A DNA stretch of 60,837 nt, filler included, from Stramenopiles sp. TOSAG23-6 (taxonomy: Eukaryota), in assembly GCA_900128565.1 (NCBI GenBank). It is 3 parts of 3 records of this genome, joined end to end, with 100 filler letters (N's around TTAATTAATTAA, not from the genome) between each part and the next. Parts side by side here need not be neighbours in the genome. Positions count along the whole stretch, not along the records: positions 20,586 to 40,775 come from LT636040.1; positions 40,876 to 60,837 come from LT636042.1; 1 more part is not named here. One strand, written 5' to 3'. Every line of letters starts with the position of its first letter. The stretch's first letter is position 1. The position numbers and the translations under genes were made by a program. The notes under the pieces are model-generated. The model had not been told where the DNA came from. It searched no databases and saw nothing but the letters and a program-made list of their open reading frames with translations. Of this stretch, positions 36,007 through 45,063 are shown one piece after another.

Positions 36007-36429
36007 TTATAAGCCCTTTCTCTGTAGAAGAGCAGGTGATGTTGGTGGAGAGTCCTGCATTGCAGTACTGTGTAAGTTTCTTCCTGCGACTGCAGCAGCT
36101 GTTGGGGGATTTCGCAAAGAGTTGCCATTTTGGGTATTCGTGGTCCAATTCTGGTGGAATACCTCAACTGGTACACTATGTGTATCAACCCGTGAAAATT
36201 GAGTTGGTTTATCATATATTTCGCTTGACGGGGCGCGTTTGCGTCTTGTTACATCAGTTTCTGGTGCATAAAAGTTTGGTTGTGACGGAGGATTCCAAGA
36301 CTGCTGACCTCCCCACACTTGCGTTGTATTACCCTGTGCAGCCGCTCTTCTGGCTGCAACAGCATCCATGTGTACTTGAAGTTTCCAGGCTTGCTCTGCA
36401 AGTGAAGTATGGCTTTTACCTGGATTCAT
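36007..36429 (-). CDS. Small hypothetical protein
   Basis: GC-richer island with an open frame from MNPGKSH; no recognised domain. Confidence 0.4.
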   Translation of the reverse strand: MNPGKSHTSLAEQAWKLQVHMDAVAARRAAAQGNTTQVWGGQQSWNPPSQPNFYAPETDVTRRKRAPSSEIYDKPTQFSRVDTHSVPVEVFHQNWTTNTQNGNSLRNPPTAAAVAGRNLHSTAMQDSPPTSPALLQRKGL

Positions 36430-36952
36430 TGAACAACTATTCAATGAAATTTCACCGTGGATACTATTAGATTGTAGAGAGAGAAAGAAGAATAATTTAT
36501 AATCTTTGCTCTCTCTCTCTCTGTCCTGTTCCTGTGCTTAAATTTTTTTTTTGGTCTTTTTTTTTGGTCTTTTTTTTTGGGTTTTTGGTATTACAATTTG
36601 CGTTTACAGCCATAGATTACACATATTATTTTCTTTATACTAGCTAGGTCTAGACACTAAAAATTCAAAATTGTCCCAACCATGATGACTAGAACTTTTT
36701 ATTTAACTATTAAAGTACGTGTAGTAATATATATAGAAAAACCGCGTAATATGAATTTATTGAAGAAAATTTTGCCTAATTCATCAAAAATGTAACTTCT
36801 ACTTGATTGGATTCACTTACTACTAAAAAATCTATGACTATTCAATTTACTGATAAATATAAACCAAAATGTTAAACTTATTATCTTAGCACTATGTGTA
36901 TATATTGTACTCGAGATTCAAAAATGACACTAAAAAATTTCAGCCGTTGNCT

Positions 36953-37399
36953 TCAAGTTCTCAATACAGATTGTCCATTCTGTGACGCCGGAATACTCTT
37001 CACATAATCATCTAGTAATCTCGCAAAACGACTGGAAGTCACCTCACCGCCAGCATATAGTGGATTTTTTGCGACATTCTCTACATATATTTTACCATAA
37101 ATATACTGAAGATTTGACTGCATATTTACATTTTCATTGCTAGAGTTTAGCACAAAGCGAAGTCCTGAAGGGGTGTGTAATAAATGCATTGTGTATTTAC
37201 TTGTACGAAGTGTGCGCATACCAGTTAGAGGTGGCACAGGCGCAATTTTTTCCACAAAATTTTTGAACGAAAATAGTAGACCATAAAGCATTTTTTTATC
37301 CTGCTCAGGCTCATCACGAAACGCAAACTTGGGTCGATTCCATTCTTTGTAATAAAGACAATCTCCAAGTCGGTTAAAGATATAGAAATTGTACAGCAT
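36953..37399 (-). CDS. TRAPPC1: TRAPP complex subunit 1 (Bet5)
   Basis: MLYNFYIFNRLGDCLYYKEW..KMLYGLLFS..RTSKYTMH..TPSGLRFVL..IYVENVAKNPL. Confidence 0.92.
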   Translation of the reverse strand: MLYNFYIFNRLGDCLYYKEWNRPKFAFRDEPEQDKKMLYGLLFSFKNFVEKIAPVPPLTGMRTLRTSKYTMHLLHTPSGLRFVLNSSNENVNMQSNLQYIYGKIYVENVAKNPLYAGGEVTSSRFARLLDDYVKSIPASQNGQSVLRT

Positions 37400-37826
37400 A
37401 CTTGAGCGCTGTATCCAAGCAATTTTATGACTTACACTAATTTGTAATGCTATTGATTATCATAGGCTCTATGATTATTACTAACAAGCTAGCTATTAAA
37501 AGTAGATAGGTTACCAGGTCGAAGCTACAGTGTGTGTATTAATAGTATTCACTTCAACTTCTTCAGGTAGGCTTCAGGTAGTACGTTTTATGATTGTCAA
37601 AATATTCATGACAAATCGCGATCGATCTGAAGTCAAGGATTTCGTGTCGTGTGTTTAATTTATGGACAGGTTTGCGCGCCGCTGGTGTCCTTTCTTCACT
37701 TGTCAAAAAATCTGCCCAACGGCTACTTTTCAAGGAAACGGAAGTCAAAGTGATAGGTGGTCGTTACAGAACACCAACGGCAACTTGTTTTTATACTTGT
37801 TTTTATACATAAAAACAAGATTTACG

Positions 37827-40283
37827 ATGCAGAAATTTCTTTTTCTTTTGATATCATTGCTTAGTACTCCAACCAGTCTCGGGTGCTACGTAAACAAGGA
37901 ATCGGGTCTTCTTTGTTCTCATAATGGATATTGCGACAGACAGGTCTGTAAATGCTGGGAAGGTTACGAAGGTCCAGCATGCGAGTATCGAACGTGCCCA
38001 AAAGGGAAAGCCTGGTCTGATTATGCAATTGGTCCTGATAATGCTCACAATCTTTCCGTCTGCTCGGGCAGGGGCACCTGTGACACAAACACAGGACAGT
38101 GTATATGCCTTCCTAATTTTGAAGGTGTAGCGTGTGACAAACTTAGGTGCCCTGGTGCGCCTTTGTGTGGTGGACACGGTAGATGTCTATCGCAAGAAGA
38201 TAACTCTCTTAATATATATGGTATGCAGTATTCGCACTGGGATAAAGATATGATTTTTGGTTGTGTCTGTGATGAAGGTTGGTTCGGTTCTGACTGTTTA
38301 CTTCGTATATGCCCTACAGGTGATGACAAAATGACAACTGGACAAGTCAATGAAAAGCAGTTAATCAAGTGTGATGGTGATATGGACCCAAGCGCAGAGA
38401 CGTATTTTTATGTTGGGTTCATGGGTGAGTGGACTCGAAAAATATATTTTAAAGATACAAAGGATGAATTTACCAAAAAATTGGAAGAGCTCAAAACAAT
38501 TGGCTCAGTTGGAGTTGTGTTCAAGAATACAGAAATGAACCAAATCTGTTCACATGATGACCCTAATGGATTTGGAGCATCTCAAGAAGCACAAATTGCC
38601 GAAATCGAGTTCACCGAACAGTATGGAGATCTACCGCCCCTTCGAGTTATAGTGCCAGAAGGTGGTCCTATAGTTGAAGTTGCGTGTGATACACAAAACG
38701 AGTGGAGCCAATGTACAAGCACGACACTTGATATTAAGGGGCAAAGTGGTAATACTCAGACATCTTCGGCTGTAATGGGAACAAAGGAGGAATCTCAATG
38801 TGCAGGACGCGGAACATGTGATTATACAACTGGAATTTGTACGTGTTTTTATCCCTTTATATCTTCCGGTACTCGAGGTGATTGTGGCGATACACAAACA
38901 GGTATATCACCTTATGATTGTCCAGGAGAGACGCGATGTTCAGGACATGGACAATGTAGTGATTCACCCCAGTATGTATGTACTTGTCAAAATGGTTGGA
39001 CTAGTGCGTCTTGTCACGAGCGTACATGTCCTCAGGGACCGGCTTGGTTTGGTGCACCGGAAGGAGTCGATAATTCACACAGACAAATGGAGTGTTCTAA
39101 TAGAGGAATTTGTGACATAACTACAGGAACGTGCTCATGTTTCGATGGCTTTGAAGGAGATGCATGCCAAACTATGGCTTGTGCGGTCAGTGAAGACAAT
39201 TCCGAACTTGGTATGTGTAGTGGTCATGGTACCTGTCTAACAATGAAAGATGTAGCAAAATTTTCAGACAACAATGGTGACTTAATTGAAAATGCTTCAT
39301 ATGGTTTAGTGCCAAATAATGAAAGTACTTGGGACTTTGATCAAATCAAACATTGTCATTGTGACGCTGGTTACACTGGCATTGGTTGTGCCGATCGTGA
39401 ATGTCCAAGAACAGATGACATTAATACCCTTGGAGAAAATGAAGTACAAAAAATTACATGTGGAACGCAAAGCAGCAGAGGCTGCTTCAGCGAAGAATCA
39501 GGTAAACGTCTTGGCAGTTCCGATCTTGTGGTGGGTAGTGCCATAAACACATCATCCCTGGCGACATCAACCGATGATCTGTACGATACCCTTCATGAAG
39601 CCTTGCATGAATGCCACAGTAATTCCAGTTGCACGGGTGTATTGAAAGCCCGGAATGGTGTTTATCAAAATTCAAGTTGGACGGAGAACCCAAGGGTTAA
39701 TGGTGTATATGAATATAAATATGGCTTACGAACAAATCCTCCAAGTGAAACAAACACTTTGATAGATTCGGCAGGCCAAACTTCATATGTGTTGGAGGAC
39801 TGTAAATTTAAACTTACTTTTCGGCAGCAAAGTACACCCTTTTTCACTAAAACTAGCACAGCTCAAAATGTCATAGATGAGTTTAACAAACTATCAACAG
39901 TTGTTACAGACGGTGTCAAAATTTCAGTTCATACAACCAACGATAAATTATGCCCCGAAGAAGCTATCAGCAGTTTTAGTCTGACATTTGAACGCGATTA
40001 TGGTGACTTGCCTGATGTAAAGTTTGAAGGTTCCAAATTTGGATGGGTATCAATTAGAGACTCGAATTTTGTTAATTCAACAAGTGTACTTGTCGAAGAG
40101 ACTACTAAAGGAACCAAGGAAAATGTTATTTGTGGTAACCATGGCCTTTGCGATTACACCACTGGCGAGTGTGATTGCGCTGTTGGTTATGCCGCATCAG
40201 ATGGTGCTGGGAAAAAAGGTAATATTCGTGACTGTGGATATCGACTCCCAACAGTAGGTGGAGGTGGTGGCGAAGGTGAATAA
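37827..40283 (+). CDS. Secreted EGF-repeat protein, Sig1/mastigoneme- or tenascin-like
   Basis: Signal peptide MQKFLFLL; two copies of RTCPxGxAW..CSxRGxCD..TGxCxC..WD....CxCDxG..GxxC..RxCP..DD, each followed by NEKQ/NEVQ. Confidence 0.8.
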   Translation: MQKFLFLLISLLSTPTSLGCYVNKESGLLCSHNGYCDRQVCKCWEGYEGPACEYRTCPKGKAWSDYAIGPDNAHNLSVCSGRGTCDTNTGQCICLPNFEGVACDKLRCPGAPLCGGHGRCLSQEDNSLNIYGMQYSHWDKDMIFGCVCDEGWFGSDCLLRICPTGDDKMTTGQVNEKQLIKCDGDMDPSAETYFYVGFMGEWTRKIYFKDTKDEFTKKLEELKTIGSVGVVFKNTEMNQICSHDDPNGFGASQEAQIAEIEFTEQYGDLPPLRVIVPEGGPIVEVACDTQNEWSQCTSTTLDIKGQSGNTQTSSAVMGTKEESQCAGRGTCDYTTGICTCFYPFISSGTRGDCGDTQTGISPYDCPGETRCSGHGQCSDSPQYVCTCQNGWTSASCHERTCPQGPAWFGAPEGVDNSHRQMECSNRGICDITTGTCSCFDGFEGDACQTMACAVSEDNSELGMCSGHGTCLTMKDVAKFSDNNGDLIENASYGLVPNNESTWDFDQIKHCHCDAGYTGIGCADRECPRTDDINTLGENEVQKITCGTQSSRGCFSEESGKRLGSSDLVVGSAINTSSLATSTDDLYDTLHEALHECHSNSSCTGVLKARNGVYQNSSWTENPRVNGVYEYKYGLRTNPPSETNTLIDSAGQTSYVLEDCKFKLTFRQQSTPFFTKTSTAQNVIDEFNKLSTVVTDGVKISVHTTNDKLCPEEAISSFSLTFERDYGDLPDVKFEGSKFGWVSIRDSNFVNSTSVLVEETTKGTKENVICGNHGLCDYTTGECDCAVGYAASDGAGKKGNIRDCGYRLPTVGGGGGEGE

Positions 40284-40332
40284 TATGGAAAAATATCTCG
40301 TAGGTAGAATGATAAATAATATATAACTTATC

Positions 40333-40775
40333 TTTTGAATAAAAACAAAAATACTGCAAATAATCTGTACAATATGTCAATGGTATTTGAAATAAATAAA
40401 CATTATTATTCTCGTAAAAGCAAACATCATTCATCTTTTGAATAAAAACAAAAATACAAGCAATAATATGTACAATATGTCAATAGTATTTGGAATAAAT
40501 AAACATCTTTATCACATAAAAGCAAACATCATTCATTGTTTGAATAAAAACAAAAATACGTTAAATAATCTGTACAACATGTCAATAGTATTTGAAATAA
40601 ATATACATTTTTTTCATATAAAAGCAAACATCATTCATTGTTTGAATAAAAACAAAAATACTGTAAATAATCTGCACAATATGTCCATAGTATTTAAAAT
40701 AAATAAACACATTTATCACGTAAAAGTAAACATCATTCATCTTTTGAATAAAAACAAAAATACCACCAATAATCT
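40333..40775 (+). repeat. Tandem repeat, ~102-nt unit, more than 4 copies, truncated by the contig end
   Basis: TTTGAATAAAAACAAAAATAC recurs near 40333, 40436, 40538, 40640 and 40742, with similar sequence between. Confidence 0.92.
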
Positions 40776-40875
40776 NNNNNNNNNNNNNNNNNNNNNNNNN
40801 NNNNNNNNNNNNNNNNNNNTTAATTAATTAANNNNNNNNNNNNNNNNNNNNNNNNNNNNNNNNNNNNNNNNNNNN
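40776..40875. other. Artificial contig linker
   Basis: 100 nt: N run, TTAATTAATTAA, N run. Confidence 0.97.
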
Positions 40876-40960
40876 TGAAAAAATATTTCAAAAAAAAAAA
40901 CTTAAATTTGTTAGGTACAAAATTTCGTACAAAAACAAATTGAAAAAAAATAAAACATAC
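40876..40960 (-). mobile_element. Introner-like intron, 3'-truncated (VPS16)
   Basis: GCA GGT AT|GTATGTTTTAT...TTTGTACGAAATTTTGTACCTAAC...GAAATATTTTTTCA. Confidence 0.85.
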
Positions 40961-42625
40961 ATACCTGCGCCATCAGGATCTCGAATTGCATTTAGTACTC
41001 TAAGTTTCTTACACGATGCTACAAATTTTTCTGATAATTTCATAGAATCTATTGCTCTGCCACAAAATGATTTCCCATATGTAGCGGCCCGTAAAAGACA
41101 TTTTTGATCAGACACACAAAATTCTGATAATGCCGCCATAGTACATGTCTCCACAGCATGAGGCAAGGAACCATTTGCTTTGATATCTCTTATATTATCG
41201 TCCGCTTTAGCATCTGTAGCTAAAAAAGCATTCATTGCGTCATAAAGCAAGGCACCAGGAAAAATTGAACCAATTTTTCGCACATCTTCCAACGGTGCAG
41301 GTAATCTCTGTAAAATACTTAATTTTAAGTTAGATATAATACGAACACAATCAACTTCTTGAATAAGATGTAATGGTATACCATTAGGGCTAGGATTCTG
41401 ATTCGGTGATTCTTTTTGTAGTGTTTTAGAAGGCAACGCTACGCTGTCAAGACTTAATTGAGAATATTTATTAGAATATTTTAACCAATCTCCAAAGGGT
41501 CCAACCATTAATATCCCTAACTCAGGCCAATGTATTTTGGAAAAATATTTCAAAAAAAAAATAATAATTTTTGTTAGGTACAAAATTTCGTACGAAAACA
41601 AAATTCATACAAAAAAAAAAAAAACATACATGCAATACGACGGAATCTTCCCCACACCATATTATTGGAAAAATATGTGAAATTCGAAATTTGTTAGGTG
41701 TAACAAAACATAAGATTACGAACAACAATAATACCTACAAAAATAATGATGAACACGTACAAGCAACTTGCGAAGGACGCCGAGTTGATTTTGTATTAAA
41801 ATCTAAAACTTTTTTTTTAAATGAAGTTGACAGTACAGATAATACACCTTGAGCTGTAAAACATGCGACGAAACGACCATTCGGTGCAACTACCATGTCT
41901 ACAATAGGTGCAGAAAGTTTAGCATGAAGCTTCTGATCCTCTATCTTACCATCAGAAGTCACAACAATTATAGAACATTCAGTAGTTGCAACAAAGATTT
42001 CAGTGCCTCCTCCAGTAAATTGTTCCTCTAATACAGAAATTGCCGTCGGCATCTCGCCACCCAGCATATGTTGAAGTGAGTGCACTGGGTCCGCATTATC
42101 ACTAAGAAAAATAGGAAGTGGACTTTTAAAGTTATCAATGAGGACTAGTCGTAAATCTGCAGTAAGTGCAACTATGCCAGTACCCCAAATTTTAGCCTCT
42201 ACTATCGTGAGGCCAGATGAATTGTTCATTTCAAATAAAGAGAAAGTTAATAAACGCTCGCCGTAAATACTATATAATTCTACTAAACCGTCTTCTAATA
42301 CAACAACCAGTTGTTCTTGTGAAGTCCAACCCAATTTTACCACTACTTCATTTTTTTCCCAAGGAACCTTNGATATTTGTTTCCCAGCAGAAGTATATAT
42401 ACGTAAGAAATTATTATCTGTCCCAAATTTTTTTAAAGGTATAAACTTAGTTTTATCGGGTAGGAGAGCAACAGGTCCTCCAAACGGAGATCCAACCACA
42501 CGAAAATCATCAATATTGATTCCTTCATCTTGCCACAACATATCATACACATCAAATTTCCGGTATTGAACCTCTTCAGCTCCCTCACCCAGACACCTCC
42601 AATGAGACACATCTGAGTAAGACAT
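40961..42625 (-). CDS. VPS16: VPS16 (HOPS/CORVET subunit), 5' part; exons 42625-41761, 41658-41630, 41529-40961
   Basis: YRKFDVYDMLW, PFGGPVAL, IYTSAG, APNGRFVA, spliced RPSQVAWCGEDSVVLHWPELGILMVGPFG, EVDCVRI, QKCLLRAATYGKSF, KLRVLNAIR. Confidence 0.93.
41530..41629 (-). mobile_element. Introner-like GT-AT intron, 100 nt (VPS16)
   Basis: TTG CAT|GTATGTTTTT...TTTCGTACGAAATTTTGTACCTAAC...CCAAAATACAT|TGG CCT GAG. An in-frame AG 9 nt downstream would delete the conserved Trp. Confidence 0.85.
41659..41760 (-). mobile_element. Introner-like GT-AT intron, 102 nt, diverged (VPS16)
   Basis: GTT GCT T|GTACGTGTTCATCAT...TTACACCTAAC...CCAATAATAT|GG TGT GGG restores AWCG. Confidence 0.85.
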
Positions 42626-42928
42626 ATCGATCAGCTAATAGAAAGGTCCCTGGCAATTATTTATCTAATTAGAAGAGATATTTTTCATTCGAGATATTGA
42701 TTTGTGGTACGAGACGACCCTGTCAAATTTCCAAATGCCATTAAATTTTTGACTGCCTCAAGTTTTTTTTTTGTATTTTACGATCCGTATCCTTTTATTC
42801 TTAAGTACGGAATTTGGTACGAATTTTGTAGAGACGATCTGTGCCCATATCGATATTGATTCGTCAAATTTCAAAGATCTTACATTTTATTAAAGTTCCC
42901 CCCTTGCAATTGCATTTGTTTCAAACCG

Positions 42929-44719
42929 ATGGTGGTTTGTAAGTGCCCTCGAGGGAAGTGTAGTACTTGTTGCTGTGCAAAAGCTAAGTCGTATTGCTCT
43001 TCTGAATGTGACTGCAATTCAGGTTGTATGAACACAGAGGCAATTCAAAAGGTGAGGAAAATGAAAACGTCTGATGTAAAGAAAATGCTTTTATCCAACG
43101 GTCTTAGTCCGATAGGAATAAAGGATGAACTTGTGATGCGCCTTGTTGCACACATAAAATCTGAGACAGAGTCTTCTGGTGGTATATCAGATGAAGAAGC
43201 TGTATCAAAACCTACATCTTCAACAGACTTCCCTGGAGCTTCCCTAATAAAAGATATTATAGATAACGGGGGTAGTGACAACGCTGCCATTCTTTCGCTT
43301 AGTAAATCTACTATAACAGCAAACTCTAGTAAACCAGAAATGCGTAAAGCATATTTAAAGCTTTCTCTTAAGATTCACCCTGACAAAAATGGTGGGAGTT
43401 CAGATTCAAAAGCTGCTTTTCAAATATTGGTTCAAGCTCTAGAACTATTAAGCAATCCGCCAAGCGATGATGATGAGGGAGGACCACGTAGAAAACGACG
43501 CAAACCAACCCGTGTATCTCGAGGTAACACTGGGTGTTACGTAACTCGTGTAGAATGTCCTCGTTGTAGCATGGAGTGGAACAGACCTGAACTGGGTTTA
43601 GAGAAGGGTGCCTATAATTTTTTCATGCAAGGTATAAAACAATATTGTTGTGGACGATGTTCGATGAAATTTGGATGCATGACCGCAGTGCACAAATGTC
43701 CAATATGTAAGAAAACCTTTGATTATGACCCTGATGACTACCATCGAAAAATTACTTGTGGAAACAAAACAGGAAAATGTTCGAAAATGAAGAAACCTTT
43801 TGGATTTTGGTATGCAAAAGTTTCTGAAAGAAGAGAAATGGAGGTTAGAAGGGAAGCAAAAGCGGAGCAGGAAGCCATTGCCAAGGCGCGTGCTGCTAAG
43901 CTTCGTCGTCAACAGCGCGCTAAAAAGAAAGCAATGCGAAGCCGGAGCTCGGAAACTATTGCGCAACAAATGAAGAAGGATAAATGGAGTCGTGCTGTCG
44001 ATGATGACTTTGATATGAAAGAAAAAGCGAAAAAACAATCTGATGAACGTATGTTTCAACTTGGTCTAGTAGACTATTGTCCTCGTTGTGGTACTACTGG
44101 CGGTATCCCACCTGGGGCATCGGGTGAAAGAAGAGAACGACTTGCGATTGAGCATCTTTCACAATGCAATAATGCAGAAATTCACGAAGCATATCGAGCA
44201 AAACTTAAGGCCCAAAAAGCTAAAAAGTTGGAAAAAAAAAATAAAGAGCTTCAACAGAATGAAAAGATGATGCTTCTCCAATGGAGATATGGTGGCCGAC
44301 AAGTTGGGCAGTTATGGATGTTAAGTGTATCTCAATTACGAATACTGTGTAAGGAGCATGAATTATCTCTTGACGACATTACCGCTAATGAAGAAGATTT
44401 GAAAAAATCTGATAGTCTTAAAACTGAAATTATCACTGTACTCGCAAAACATCTACGTAGCAAGAAAGTATTCCTTCTTACCGATGGCTCTGCAGCTGCC
44501 AATGCTGATGCTAAAGCTCAGTATGATACTTCTGGTATTGCCCATGTAGACGAAGAAGATTTGCCGTCTAACTTGTGGACTTTGGAACGATCTGAACTTG
44601 CTAATGTCGCAGCCAGTTATGGTGTGAAAATTAAATCGGGGGATGTGAAAGAAACTTTAATACACAAATTGGAGAAGGCTAGATTCAAGGGAACAGGTCA
44701 ATTACTTCTTGAGTCGTGA
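42929..44719 (+). CDS. J-domain (DnaJ) protein with Cys-rich N-terminus, SAP-like motif and CxxC clusters
   Basis: EMRKAYLKLSLKIHPDKNGG..AFQILVQALELL; VKKMLLSNGLSPIGIKDELVMRL; several CPxC/CGxC motifs. Confidence 0.8.
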   Translation: MVVCKCPRGKCSTCCCAKAKSYCSSECDCNSGCMNTEAIQKVRKMKTSDVKKMLLSNGLSPIGIKDELVMRLVAHIKSETESSGGISDEEAVSKPTSSTDFPGASLIKDIIDNGGSDNAAILSLSKSTITANSSKPEMRKAYLKLSLKIHPDKNGGSSDSKAAFQILVQALELLSNPPSDDDEGGPRRKRRKPTRVSRGNTGCYVTRVECPRCSMEWNRPELGLEKGAYNFFMQGIKQYCCGRCSMKFGCMTAVHKCPICKKTFDYDPDDYHRKITCGNKTGKCSKMKKPFGFWYAKVSERREMEVRREAKAEQEAIAKARAAKLRRQQRAKKKAMRSRSSETIAQQMKKDKWSRAVDDDFDMKEKAKKQSDERMFQLGLVDYCPRCGTTGGIPPGASGERRERLAIEHLSQCNNAEIHEAYRAKLKAQKAKKLEKKNKELQQNEKMMLLQWRYGGRQVGQLWMLSVSQLRILCKEHELSLDDITANEEDLKKSDSLKTEIITVLAKHLRSKKVFLLTDGSAAANADAKAQYDTSGIAHVDEEDLPSNLWTLERSELANVAASYGVKIKSGDVKETLIHKLEKARFKGTGQLLLES

Positions 44720-45063
44720 GTTGATCTAGTAAAAGGAAGTTTGTTTTGGAATTTGAATTTGGTTGTGTAGTATTGAACAAATAAATAAATTTTTTGATTT
44801 TTTACATTTGAAAAAAATTTTTCAATCGCGGACAAAACTGCTTTGTTTTTCCGTTTTTAAAAAGTAAATTTTGAAATAGTTTCAAAAAAAAACACAACAC
44901 ACACACGCTCTCTCTCTCTCTCTCCTAAACACGTAGTAGTACTGTACAGTATAGTGTATACTAACTATCTATTCAAATATATCCTCAAACCTAGTTCATG
45001 AAATCACTACGCCTGTGAATAAATAAATTATCACAATAGTATGCATACTCTTTTACACGCAGA

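Noticed and set aside
35958-36470. 170-aa plus-strand ORF
   Set aside because: Starts at TTG in AT-rich DNA and overlaps a more plausible minus-strand frame.
40333-40775. CRISPR-like array or 129-aa ORF 40438-40827
   Set aside because: The sequence between the conserved words is also repeated, so there are no unique spacers; eukaryotic context, no cas genes; the ORF runs into Ns.
41530-41629. U12-type AT-AC interpretation of the family
   Set aside because: No ATATCCTT donor, the branch-like motif lies about 30-55 nt from the end, and the would-be AC varies (AT, CC, AA) while GTAYGT is conserved. Not fully excluded without lariat data.
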